NCBI GenBank assembly: GCA_976551045.1 | Contig: CDPCPM010000026.1 | Location: forward strand, 8,432,001-8,496,000 | DNA from: Glaucostegus cemiculus | Lineage: Eukaryota | DNA: 64,000 nucleotides | Direction of reading: 5' to 3' | In this document: one piece after another, positions 13,246 to 26,400 of the stretch | Layout of the letters: each line of letters opens with the position of its first letter | Numbering within the stretch: the first letter of the stretch is position 1 | Program-made: the position numbers and the translations under genes | Notes under the pieces: generated by a model | The model's input: only the letters and a program-made list of their open reading frames with translations | Databases searched by the model: none | Told to the model about the DNA's origin: nothing

Positions 13246-16200
13246 GTGGGTGGAACTTAAATACAATTCTATAGAATGTACAACATTCTTATTTGAAGCT
13301 GGGATTTGGCATGGTTTTATATGGGGTTCAAGGTAATGGCAGGACCAGAAATTGGAATGATACATAATATTAATAGATTAATTGTAGTCAATTTATTGAT
13401 GCACAAATTAAGATATTGATTTTTTTTTCAATACAGCTATTTTGTTTAATATTCAGTGGTGCTTAATGCACTTAGAGTTTTAAGTAATGATTTTCTGATT
13501 GTAGAAGAATGAAGTGTAGAAATACTTGCTCTCCTTTGCAGCAACAGAGAAAATTTACATCAGTTGAAATAGTCCAGCTTTGGGGCCAATCGGTGGCTTA
13601 ATGAGTTCAACCAATGATTGATTGAGCCATACAAAGCAAAAAGACCACAGGTTTATTTCACAGTCTAACTTGAACTCAACCCTGTAGTGATGAGGGTGCT
13701 GGAATTGGCAAAAATTCTCTAGATAAGGACAAGAAAAAAGATTCTTAAAGTTGAATGTTGCCTAGCAGCTTTGTTTATATTGCTTTGATGTGGCACATAC
13801 TCTAGCTAAACTCTGATATACTCCACACTCACTTTCAAAGCTCATTCATGAACACTCGAACTCCAACAATGATTTCAGGCCTTAAAGAGAGGGAAGTAAA
13901 TTAGAAATGGAAAAGAATACTCAGGATATTTCATGATTTTCACTTAGAGCTTACCTTCATTTATTTGGCAAGGAATATTAAAAAAGCATTAGTTTACTCC
14001 AATCAGAATAGATTCCAAGCCATGAATTATAAGAAACCTGGCCAATCTATAAGTTCCTATATGTTAAATAATCATTCAAATGATGATAAGAATTATTTGC
14101 TTTAAGACAAATTAACTTCTTACAGATAATTACATACAATGACTTTACAGCTCCAAGTTGATGAAATGTTGTAATAAATTGAAACAAAATATCTAGGATT
14201 ACTTAAATGGGCCATGCAACACAATATTAATTTGCATCTTAATCAGTCATAGAGGCTTTGCTTTGACTTCTCATGCTTCTCTATATCTTGTCATCAAAAG
14301 CAACGAACATAGGTTCTTCCCATATCACAATGTCATGACCACTTTTAATGCTGCTGTAAAGCAAACCAGTAAATAACTAAATTGAATAAGATGGAATGAA
14401 ATATTCAAACTATTGCCCAGAAACTTAAGCTGTAAATTTATTTTAAATGATTAAAACCAACATGTAATTTCAAATGGTATATGAATGTAAAGATTTCTGC
14501 CTCGAGTTCATCAAAGGTCAGCAGCAATAAATTCAGTTCCATTGATATTAATGAAATGAATTTCAGAGGCAGAGTACGATGTGCTGACACATCTAGCACG
14601 ACTGACTGGGACGAATTTCTTTTACATTTGTGTTGGGTTGATGTATATTTGAAAATGAGTTTGTCTTTCTTGATGAGTTTAGCAATATGAAACATGTAAC
14701 CTTCAAATGATCTATATTATTGAGACTAAACTTCTAATCTCATCTGGGCTTTGCTTCTGAATATGGCCCAGACTTGTTTTATTTTCTTTAACATAATCGG
14801 CAGCAGGTTGTGGTTTCCAACTGTAGTATGCATTTGTGTTTTCAGCTGTCTGTTCAGTGTTTGCAGAATGTAATCATAACTGGTACGCAAAAGATTAGTG
14901 ACAGGTGTAGAGCCAATGCTTACATTGGAGCAGGTGACTTACGTGGAAGTCATTCAGGTAAAATGGAATACAGCTGCTCGAGGAATGCAACATTCTTAAA
15001 GTCTTATCGTGCAAAAAATTCAGATCCTTAGCGGTATTGTTCGGGTGCTGCAGGTAACACTTATTCATTTGAATGATTGTGGTTCAAGTCACTGAACACA
15101 GTATCAAGGGTGTTTAGCAAGCTATGTCCAGTGCCTGCTGCAAGAATCATGAGATAGTTAGTTAGTGTCCTCTATTAACTACACAGCTAAACATACATCC
15201 AGCAGCAGGGATAACCTCTCCTTCCTCCCACACCTGGCCATCAACTCTATTCAAATAGATCATCAAGTGCTTTTGGGTTAGTTACTGGTTGACTTTTTCT
15301 CAGTCTTGTTACAATTCTACAAGTGTTTTCTGCTTCATGGTGTTAAAGCTCCACGGAGTCTGGCATATGAGGAAGGACTGTTCAAGCCCTCTGTTCAGAG
15401 CAGTCATTCCCACTCATAGATACATTAGTGGACATTCCTTTTGGAACACAGAATGGCTGGGAGAAAAGTGGGAGATGAGCTTCAAGAATAGGGAGGTGGA
15501 GGAGGGTGATGAAAGGCTGTGAATAGGAGGCTATTTCAACCCCCAGGTGTTTGGTGAGCAATTTTCCTGCATGAACCTTATGACTGAAGTCTTCCAACTA
15601 CTGCCAGCACAATGACAACCTTGCAATAGGGTGAGGAATGCATTGCCAGCAGCTGTCTGACCATAAACATCAGCTTTAATGCAACAGCCTCCTTCCAGAC
15701 TGGAGCTGCAGAATTTTGCAATGTCTTGTTATTGTTCCATGGGTGAGGTAACTGCAACTCTTTATTCAAAGTGAGGTAACGATATTGATCTTAAAGGTTA
15801 TTCCACCATTTCTAACCCATGGTTATTTTCAGAGGCTATGAATTTTAGACCCTATTATCTTTAAATGCTGGTGAAAAGTTGACACAGCATTCAGGATTTT
15901 ATTACCAATAATGGGGTTGTTTCCAAAGTTTAATGGCAGCTGTTTGTTTTACTGCATGATAACATTTTACATTTTTTTCCTCTCCTGCATGATATCTATG
16001 TTCAAAATTGTGACCAGTCAGTTGTTGCAGGACTAGTGCCTCACTTTTATATTAGGGCTTGACAAATTAGAGGACTTCCATTTACAAAAAGGAGGTTGTC
16101 AGTTCAAAGCTGGCTCCAGATTCCTTGCTCTTATAGTCAGTTACAAATCATGGAAAAATGACTTCAGTGAGTGGAATTGTTGGCTATTTTTCCAATCTAG

Positions 16201-19200
16201 TTTGACAGTCATGTGACTTGATATTCATTCCAAAGTTGTAACAAGCAACACAGTGGATTATTTACATCTTCACTTCTTGGACAATAATCTGGCAGAGCAG
16301 ACCACAAATGCACTGCAGAGCCCATCCAGTTGCCACGTCATTGACCACCAGCTCATACGTGGCTTGGGTAGGACTTCTCCTGTTCTGTTTAACTCTGGAT
16401 CATTTAATGTTGTTCAACAAAAAATAGAATAACATGTCCAAAGCTCAAACAGCCAGTTCAGCTTCAAATTTCTAAACTCACATTTCCAGTGCATTTGTAG
16501 TCTGATGAATTTAAATGACCAGAAAGGTATGTTTATGAATATTGCTCAATTATTCTTCTTAAAGGTAACAGTGACATCCACTTGGGTCATTCTGAGCCAC
16601 ACAAACAATGAGGGGAAGATGGAAGAGAAAGGAAGGACCATTATACCTATCAAATATCCTTTCATTCTTCCTTCCAATTAAAATATGTAATGATCCCAGT
16701 GGTTTGTGTTCAAATGGGTTATGTTCCTATTTTTGTTTTTCCCCAAAGAAGAAATTTGGTGGCTTTCAGATATGCAGCACTGATAGATCCCTTGAGTAAT
16801 AAACGAGAAACATACAGCAAACCATTTCATGAAGCAGAATATTCTTTGGGTTTCTCGTTAAAAAGGATGTGCCATGGTGCTTGATAATTTGCAAAATAGT
16901 GCAAACATTATCAATGCATATGGTTGAATGAAAAGTAGATCAAACAGAATTACATCTGGGTCCTCAATTAAAAGAAATAATGATGCTCCTTAGGGGAAAC
17001 AGACAGGACTATTCATTCATTTTTATCTATTGTACAGCACAGTAATAGTTATTTTTAGTTTATGGAGAGAGGCGTTTTGTACCAAAAGCATATAATTTAC
17101 TTTTCAGACATTAAACACGTCTCTCCCTTTCATATGAGATTTTCAGTACTTGGTTTCAGCATGATTGACATTTTCTGCTCAGAGGAAGTATTTTGCTTTC
17201 ATGACAGACAATGGAAGAAATTCACTTGTGTAGAAATAATAACTGTTGCATAAATTTATTATACACCAAAATAGGAGCCTAATTTTTGTGCATTGTGAAT
17301 CAGACTTAGAATCTGATTGGAGGAATGAATAGACAGTGTCATTTCACAGGAACATTTTTAAAATAGAATGAGTTTAGTGGGAATGCATTTATGTTACGAG
17401 TCAGGTTGCATTTGCTTGACTTTGCTTATTATTCTTTTAGCATAAATATTATTTCAAATGAATTCCAAAACTCCTATAACCAATATACATGGGGTTATCT
17501 GCTTCTCACCTCTTGGAGTGTGAATTCCAGTCTGCCTCAGACCTCTGTGGATGACTGAAATGTAAAGAGATTGGCTCTCTTGACTAAATTGCAGATTGTC
17601 ATGCATCCAAAGAAGAAATCAGTTCCTGGATTGACACTAAATTATAGCCTCATTCAGGGAAGTTATGACAACATCTGGATCTTGGGAAAGTATATAATGA
17701 CATTACAGAAATGAAATCTTGGTTGGTGCTCCATTAGAAATGTATGCTCCATTTCCCAGTATTGATAGTGTTCCCTTAGAGGAGCATAACAGACGAAGGG
17801 CAAATATTGAATGTAGAGGAGGATGTGCTGATTTCATGATCAGAGCTCACGTGCTGCAATTAGGATAAGTCTAATTAGTTCTTGGCTGGGTAGCTTCATG
17901 GAGCACGTGTCCAAAGGAGAACTTTACACCTCTGGGTGAACTGAATGGTAGACTTGTCCAACAACAAGAACATCTCTCATCAGATGTTCACCAGACAGCA
18001 TTTACAGTGATCATGGAGAAGATTGTGGCCTTAATTGTCCTTTCTCGCTGACTGATGGATGTGATACATAAAGACCTTCTTAGATGAAAATTAAAAACTT
18101 TGGTCAAGTTATTGTTGTATATCACATAAGACCTCTTAACGGTCTGAACTAATAGACAAGAAAATATTATACTGTTGATATTGATTACATTAAAGGAAGT
18201 AGAAAGATTAATTTTGTGGAACACCTCAAATGCTAACAGTGACTTATGTACCAAATGAATGTTCATATAATATCCTGTATGAAAAGCTGGTAATACTAGA
18301 AGCCCTGGAGCAAAATTCAATGAATATTAGCCTTCTATTATCATTAGTGCTTATAATATTAATGTTGACAGTCATTTTAAATTCAAGCACACCAGAAGTC
18401 TCTCACATTTTAAATTTCCCCACAAACATAACTATAAATTCAGTCACACAAGATTGTGCAATTGTAAATTGTTTCTTTCTCCAAAGTGAAGCTCTATTAC
18501 AGCCACGTCAAATCAGACATTTTATATTTTTTATTCCTGCATACTTACAAAATGCTCTCATGTTCTGCCCTCACCCAGCTACCTACACTCCCCACTGAAC
18601 TCGTGCTTGGACAGGAGCATTGGGTGGTTCATCTTCATTTCACAAAGCTCTCAATGGAGAGTCAGTAACCAAAAGAACCAGCAGTACCCCTCTGCTGCTC
18701 CTTGCTACTGCACCCTAACATATTTTAAGCAATAATCTTCAAACAATCTGATTTCCTGAATTATATTCCAGATAATAAAAGCAACATGTAAATAAATAAA
18801 CTCCAGGCAGTACTCCAATACAAATTCTGAACTTGAATGTAAACCACTCAAGCTACATTTGTGATTATGAAACTGAACCCTGCAGATGTTTTTTTTCTTT
18901 TGTAATGCATTTACATATATTCATAATTTTGTGTGTACACTGTATTGGAAACCATAATGTTTAACTTAAGCTTATTTGTTTTTTTTACATGTGGATTCAA
19001 AATATTTTTGGTGTGTACAGTTCTATAAATCACAAGAATCTGTACTTGGGAAGACAATTTCATTTTAATATTTTTTAATACTAAATTCAAATTTAATTAA
19101 GCTCAGCCCACTGATAATTTCCTTTTAGCATTATTTTATTGCTTTATAATAATTGTATAGTTATCCCATGACATTTGCTTGAATCTATGGCTAGTGGTTC

Positions 19201-19279
19201 AGCACATTCTTTTAACACCTCTCCGTAATCTGTCCAGTCCACTGAATAGCAATGACTTCTGTAGTACATCAGTTTCAGA

Positions 19280-19467
19280 NNNNNNNNNNNNNNNNNNNNN
19301 NNNNNNNNNNNNNNNNNNNNNNNNNNNNNNNNNNNNNNNNNNNNNNNNNNNNNNNNNNNNNNNNNNNNNNNNNNNNNNNNNNNNNNNNNNNNNNNNNNNN
19401 NNNNNNNNNNNNNNNNNNNNNNNNNNNNNNNNNNNNNNNNNNNNNNNNNNNNNNNNNNNNNNNNNNN
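19280..19467. other. Assembly gap (188 N) inside a TOX3 intron
   Basis: Run of n characters. Confidence 1.
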
Positions 19468-22400
19468 CACAGTGCACCACAAAAAATCTTCAGCCCAAGA
19501 GGCTTGAGGGGCAACAGCTGAGCGATTTATCTCTGCGCTATTATAGGCTTTGCTAGCATTCAGAATTTCATTTTTCTCATTTGGTTTAAGAGCTTAATTC
19601 TGCAGGTAGTTGTGAATGGGGGGGGGGGGGGTGTGGGGGGAAGTAAAACACAGTTCACATATAAATTGCCAGAACAGGAGTATGTGCAGAGAGCTGATAA
19701 AATGTCTGAATAGAGCTGACCTTTCATGTTGGTGAAAGTTGCTGGGGGATTCATCCTCATAATTACCATATAGATTATTTTATTCCTCTTCTGCAATGAA
19801 ACATTTCAGAGAGCAGTACTGCTGATTGAATGAAAATTGAACTTGTTAACGGTCTTTCCAGCTTTGACTTAGAAGTGCTAGGGGACTCTGGTGTATGTTA
19901 TGTAAGGTTAGTTTTAATGAATTCTGATATTAACTCAAAAGGAGCAGTGAATGTCAGAGCGAAATGCATTTTCCTATAGTCCTCACTTATTGTTCTGTTA
20001 ATGCAGGAGATTTCACTTAAGTATACATACTATAATATTGAGTGCAATTTACCAAAGTCTGCACAATATTCAGAACACCAGTTTATATTACCAGAGCTGT
20101 CCCATTAAATTGTATATATAGGAGTTTACGTTCCATAATGTTCAGTGACAATTTTGCCCTTTCCCATGTTTCCAGGCAATACTATAGATGAGGTTGCAAT
20201 CCCCATTTTAATTGAAATGCGAAATGATGCAGCTAATAGCACACTAAAAAAGGAAAATTGCTTTATATATCAAACATATTGGAGTATAGTTGTACTTGTA
20301 TCCCAAATCCTGTTAGTGAATATTCATTAGGACTAAAAAGAAATTGTTTTCACACTATAAATGTGGAGAAAGCATTTATCTGCCTATTTTACCTCCAAGC
20401 AAACCTTCCCATAATGGCTTTTTTTTTGCTGTGATTTGTGGCATATTTAAGCAGCAGTACAGATGCTCTTTTTTATGTATAAACATTGTACATAACATTT
20501 AAATCAATTCACGTTTTTAATCAATTTAGTGAATTAACAGCCTTGTTTGTGGAGCTGCAAGTGAACTAGTTATTTTATGCATCATTAAAATGGTTAATAT
20601 CTGGAACGTTTTGTTCTTTTGGACGAAGTATTGACTGCACAGTTGTTTATCTTCTTATTCCTATCATAAAAATAGCTACAAAATTGTCCGTTTTAGCATA
20701 ATAACTCGACAAGAAATTAAATTGCTTGTATAACCCTGTAATTCTAATATTTCCCTCAATTTGACATTTAAAGAAGTTAACAAGGTTGATGGAAAATTTA
20801 AGTGACTGAAAATCCTTTATCTAGAGCAAAGTCATCAGTCAGAGAAAAAGTACAAGGATAGTGATGGGAGAAACCATAAATAATGGCTTTGAGTGCTGCA
20901 GATGCTCATCTTAAGAAACCTGAAAATTTTCCAAATTTCCAATTACCTCTTTAATTGAGTGATAATTGTAGTTGATAGTACTCAATAACAATTGCACTTA
21001 ATTCCACCCATTGACAATTCACACTGCCTGTTTGATCAGAATCAAATATTTTAGGAAAAAACAGTTTTTAATTGTTTTCATGGAAGTTGCCTTGCTTCAA
21101 ATTTACTCCTTAAATTGCACCTTTTAGTATATACATCTTTGAGCTGACCTTAAATGTGCAGCACCTGTTGATTTCTTTTGCCACAACTTAATTTGTGAGG
21201 TTTGTGCACACTAGTGAAGATTTTTTTCTCCCCCCCAGTTTTTCACATTTATGCCAATATTAAGTCTTAAAGTTTATAATGATACATATTGAGATTTTCC
21301 ATCAGTATATCAATTTGAATGTTATAATGAAACCTAATTTAGAATGCTGAAGAGCATCAGAAAACAGGACATGTTGTCTCCATACTTGTAAGCTTCATTA
21401 TAAAACCCTCAACAATGTGGCTGCTGAATTTTGGTTCCTGCCTCATGCTTCATTACAGTGAGGAATGAGTAAAGCATGCACTTCATGTACAAAATACAAT
21501 GACTATTTTCCCAAGATCGATGATAAAGCAGCTGTATGAAAAGCAGAGTTGTAATGGCAACTGCATCCTCTGCTTCTACACATGCAGAAGTTAACCATAA
21601 ACATTGTAAAAGTCTTTGTTAAAGACATGCTAAGTGCTTCATGTCTAATTTCCCATTTTAATCTGTGCCAAAATTGACAGCTTTGGTATGCTTCAGATTT
21701 TAAAGGCAAAAATGAATTTTCTGAAAGTGATAACAAGAATCCATTTGATGTCACTGCATCATACACACGGGTAGATTTGTAACAAAATTACAGAATCACA
21801 TGTACAAGTTTTATTCAGTTGTTTGGCACACAAAAATGTTACACTATGTATAAGGATTTCTGTTCCCTTGGTGTGCTCTTCAGTAGAAGATCCTGTCCCA
21901 CCAGAATGTGAATTTCCACTCTGGTGAATAATAATGGGAAATTTCCATTCTTACATGGCAATAACTAGGGTCACAAAACAACTTCAACTCACCTAGCTTA
22001 TTAAAGTTAAATAAATAACCAAGCAATCAACCATTTAAAAAAAAAGTCAAATATCTCATGGACAGAATATACCACTAGTAGCAATGACATATGAAGGACT
22101 CATTGGACACTCTAACTAAAAACGTGTCTCTTGCACACACTAGCTCTATAGACAATCCCATTTATGGGTCAGTGATATTGCACAAGAGCAAACTCCACAG
22201 CAAGCCTAATCATAACTTGGCCTTATAGAAAGAGTTAACATCACCTCATAACCAATAAAAGTAAGCTTTTTTGAATGCATTTGGAAAGCAATAAATAAAG
22301 ACCTTTCTGTCCACTGGTTATAAACAACATTGCAAATATTCACACTTCTTCACATTTGTGTAGTGCCACATTTCTACAAATTTATCTTGTCCTGTTGTCA

Positions 22401-22641
22401 TCAAGGACTCTTCACCTGGTACAGTTACTGAGGAGCTACTGGAAATAGAATTTTATCTTCTAGTAGACTGAGCTGGAGCCAACAATTTATACAGGTTTTT
22501 TTTTTTAATTTCTCTGAAGTGATGAAAATCTGTTCCATTATGCTAAAGAAACAGTTAATTATCTCATTGTCTTCCTCTGCATTAAAGCTCTGTGTCCACT
22601 TAATATTATTTTTAACCTGATTTATTCTTCTTCCAATATAG

Positions 22642-22911
22642 GACCTGGGCCAGGCACAAGTTCCCCAGTACCACCATGATCCAAACATGGGGATGAGGTC
22701 TGTTGTTCACATGGCTGATGTTAATCAAGCAGGAATAATGCAACACAATCAGCTGACCACCATTAACCAATCACAGCTGAGTGCCCAGTTGGGGTTGAAT
22801 CTAGGAGGGGGCAACGTGCCACAGAATTCACCTTCACCCCCTGCTAGCAAGTCAGCCACCCCATCTCCTTCCAGCTCCGTAAATGATGATGATGCTGAGG
22901 AATTTAATAGG
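22642..22911 (+). CDS. TOX3: TOX3 coding exon ([10 protein letters not shown]...[20 protein letters not shown]...[17 protein letters not shown]...EFNR)
   Basis: Acceptor ttcttcttccaatatAG ends at 22641; donor AGG|gtaggt at 22912; 270 nt, phase 0/0. [20 protein letters not shown] and [13 protein letters not shown] match recalled TOX3. Confidence 0.95.
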
Positions 22912-23693
22912 GTAGGTAGTTTACTTGCCAATAGTCAAAAATATTTATGTACTTGCCTCCAACTGTTCCCCTGGCATTATAAATGTGTCTATGTATGGCT
23001 ATATGCTGCAGATGACATCATAATTTCTTATATTTAATAGACAATATTCTTACTGAGAGGCTTCAATACTTCTATGTCGAGATAGATTGACATCGCTCAT
23101 TTGCAGTATTTATTTTCATGTTTTTGATTTATTTGCAGAAGTAGTTTGGTTGAAATGCAGACAAATGAAATTTCAAGGTCAATAATTGCTGAGTCTCTTC
23201 AGGCCAGTTTTAACGTAAAAGCAAATGAACAGTTCCATTGAATGTCACAGTTAATTTTCATAAGATAATTGCAATTTTTAAGTTTGCTTTGAATGATATT
23301 TGATTAACTAATCTGCCTTGATTTGCTTTTGTTCTGTCAAGCACTTTGGAGATTGTTTAAAAACCAGTTAGCTAATCTAGATCAAGAAAGGACTGCTGCT
23401 ATTTGATTGCCTAAAGCTTTGATCTGCTGTTGCTAAATCCTGCTTGATTCAAAAGTATACTTTATATTTTAATGCCTAAAGCCATTTCATACATTGTCTT
23501 TTTTTTGATTTATCTAAAACTAAATGTACAAATATTTGTTCTTTCAATTTTACCCTTGTTAGGAAGAATTACATTCTGAAATGATCGTTTTTCAACATAA
23601 CTTAATCCCAAGCACTTACAAATTCTTACAATTTTAATCACCTTGAAGTGAGCACTTTGTGTAATGGACTTCTTTTCTCATGACCTGTTTCAG

Positions 23694-23921
23694 GTTAGTG
23701 TAGAGAAACGAGCTGCAGTAGATTCGGGTAAAAAGCCCAAGACACCAAAGAAGAAGAAGAAGAAAGATCCCAATGAGCCTCAGAAGCCAGTGTCGGCTTA
23801 TGCTCTATTCTTCAGGGATACACAAGCTGCCATCAAAGGACAAAACCCCAATGCCACTTTTGGAGAAGTTTCCAAAATTGTAGCATCAATGTGGGACAGT
23901 CTAGGAGAGGAACAAAAACAG
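23694..23921 (+). CDS. TOX3: TOX3 coding exon: basic NLS ([17 protein letters not shown]) and N-terminal part of the HMG box
   Basis: Acceptor ctgtttCAG ends at 23693; donor CAG|gtaaat at 23922; 228 nt. [48 protein letters not shown] is the TOX HMG box. Confidence 0.98.
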
Positions 23922-24089
23922 GTAAATCCTACATTTTCTTTGCAGAAACTGATGGAGTTATGACCAATTGTATCTTTCACTGTTGAAATAGATTTTGATA
24001 ATGCAGCTGGATTATACTACTGTATTGATAATATTACAGGGCAGTTTTAACCATGACGTTAGTGTATAACTGGCATCGTACACAGCTTC

Positions 24090-25500
24090 TGGGGTACAAA
24101 TGTATAAAAGTGGTAAAAACACAACATTGTCATGCTCCATAAATCCATAGATTATAGAGTTGTTCCCATGAAATGGAAGGTAACAAACATAAGCCCACTA
24201 TTTTAAAAACCAGGGTCAGTGTGGAACTGCAGATCAGTTAACTTGATATTGATAGGCAGGAAAACAGTAGAATATGTTATTATGGAGGGTTATCAGGGCA
24301 TCTAGAAAATAATAATAGGATTGGGCAGTGTCAGCATGAATTGGTGAAAGGGAAATCATGTTTGACAAAACTTTGAGTGTTTTGTGGTTCTATAGAGCAA
24401 AATAAGTAAGGGCAGACCAGTGGATGTGGTGTATTTGGACTGTCAGAAGACCCTCAGTGAAGTGTTACAAAAGAGCTTGCCAAACAAAATTTGGGTTATG
24501 TGGGATTGAGGATAATACACTGGTGTGGATGGAGAACTGGTTAACAGAAAATAGAGGGTAGGAATTAAGTCATTTTCCAATTAGTAGGCTGTGACTGGTC
24601 TGGTGATGCAGGGATAAATGCTGGGCCCCATCTGTTCACATTCTATATTTCACTGGGTTGCTTCATCCAAGTCTGATGAGTTGGATAAGGAAACCAAGTG
24701 TAAAGCATCCAAGTTTGCTGATGATACAAAGTTGTGTGGCAGAATGAGTTATGAGGAAAATGCAGAGAAACTTCAGGGGAATGCCCATGTGAATGGACAA
24801 GAAGAGAGCAGATGGAATATAATATTGAAAAATGTGAGGTCATCCATTTTGGTTGAAAAAAATAGATAAGTAGAATGTATTTTAAATGTTGACAGTTTGA
24901 AAGGTGAAGGTCTTCAGAAGGACCTAGGCAGATACCACAAACCACTAGGAAGAAAAATGGTTTGTTTTTCCTTTGTTGCATGGATTTAAACTTATATAGG
25001 GCCCTTATATGACTGTGCCTGTTCAAGTCTGGTTTCTCTACTGATGATAGAGGAACTGCAACAAAATTCACAACATTGGTTCCTGGGATGGGGCAATTGT
25101 CCCTTAAGGAGACCTTATGTAGACTGGGCTTATACTGTCTTGAGTTTGGAGGAATGAAAGGTGATCTTATTGAAACATACAGAATTCCTTTGGGCTCAGC
25201 AAGATGCTTGGAGAGATTCCCCTTGCTGTGGTTTCTAGAATCACAATCACCATCTCAAAATAAATGGTTGGCCATTCAGAAAAATGATGAGGAGAAAGTT
25301 CTTCACAGAAGAGAGCTGGAAGCTAGTCACTGAGGATATTTAATGTAAGGTTCAATAGATTTTTGTTAACTAAGGAAGCAATAAAAATAATGTTTCTGCT
25401 GGAAAGTGGCTCTAAGGTAAAAGCCATATCTTGATCTTATTGAATGGTGGATCAGGTACAAAGGGCCAAATGGCCTATTCGAGTTTCCGTTTCTTAAATT
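24090..25500 (+). mobile_element. Degenerate CR1-type LINE filling most of the intron that splits the HMG box
   Basis: cagcatgaattggtgaaagggaaatcatgtttgacaaa; gtggatgtggtgtatttggac (VDVVYLD); SKFADDTKL; 3' UTR aagggccaaatggcctattc. Confidence 0.88.
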
Positions 25501-25630
25501 CTTAAAATATATTCAAATTTGTATTAATCAAGTGCTGCAACATTGCCACATATCACAAAAGTCAAAATTGTGCCATGTTAATAAATATTCAAGCAATATT
25601 CAGTCTTTGAGAATGTTTTTTTGAATATAG

Positions 25631-25711
25631 GTATACAAGAGAAAAACAGAAGCTGCCAAAAAGGAATATCTAAAAGCTCTTGCTGCCTACCGAGCCAGCC
25701 TTGTTTCAAAG
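25631..25711 (+). CDS. TOX3: TOX3 coding exon: C-terminal helix of the HMG box ([27 protein letters not shown])
   Basis: Not in the ORF track; translated by hand. Acceptor ttttttgaatatAG ends at 25630; donor AAG|gtaatt at 25712; 81 nt, phase 0/0. Confidence 0.97.
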
Positions 25712-26039
25712 GTAATTTTCTGAAGGTGCTTTGTGAACGTGGTTTGTTTGCTTATGCTGGTTTTTATAGTTCATGCTAGGTCGTGGGTTACTGCAAGAGT
25801 CAAACTGAATTAAACCTTCACAAATCACATAACAGAACTTGGTTTTATATCACAAGTGACAAAAAGTGAGTGACAAAAGTGTCTGCAGCACATATTGGAT
25901 TTATGGAAAGAAGCTGCATTTCATCATTTGTCATCTCTGTCAGAATAAGTTGCTGCGGTAACGCATATCTTTCACCAGCTCTATCATCGGAGGAAGAAAA
26001 TATAATTTATTTTAAAACAAAGTTTTTAATGTGGGTCAG

Positions 26040-26400
26040 AATGCTGTGGGTTCAAGGCCTACTGCTAGGATCTGAGGAAATAGTCTAGGTAGATACCTTA
26101 ATGTAGGACTGATGTAGTTCTACACTGTCAGATCAGATGTTAAAATGAGAATTTCTCTGTCTTCTCAAGTAGGTTTGAAAGATCCCACAATACTTGTTGA
26201 TAAGAGCAGGGGAGATCTCTGACTGTTGTGACCAATACTTAACATTCACATATTTTCACTAAAACCAATTGTCTAGTCATTAACCTCATATCGTTTCTGG
26301 GATCTTGCTGCTGGCAGAATTGGTCCATACATTTGCTATATTACAGAAGTGACTGCACTAATAACTTCCTTGAGAGCTGTTCAGCTTTTGGAATAATGAT
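26040..26400 (+). mobile_element. DeuSINE (SacSINE1/AmnSINE1-like Deu domain), old copy
   Basis: aaagatcccacaatac...aagagcaggggagatctct...accaatac...tgggatcttgctg...attacagaagtgactgcact matches the recalled Deu-domain consensus. Confidence 0.7.

Noticed and set aside
13575-13700. Possible decayed tRNA-SINE head
   Set aside because: Similarity too weak to support by eye.
19144-19556. Several ORFs spanning poly-X
   Set aside because: Artifacts of the N gap.
19618-19640. G-runs as G-quadruplex candidates (also about 30387-30404, and a C-run near 39360)
   Set aside because: Simple homopolymers, prone to sequencing error, with no supporting context.
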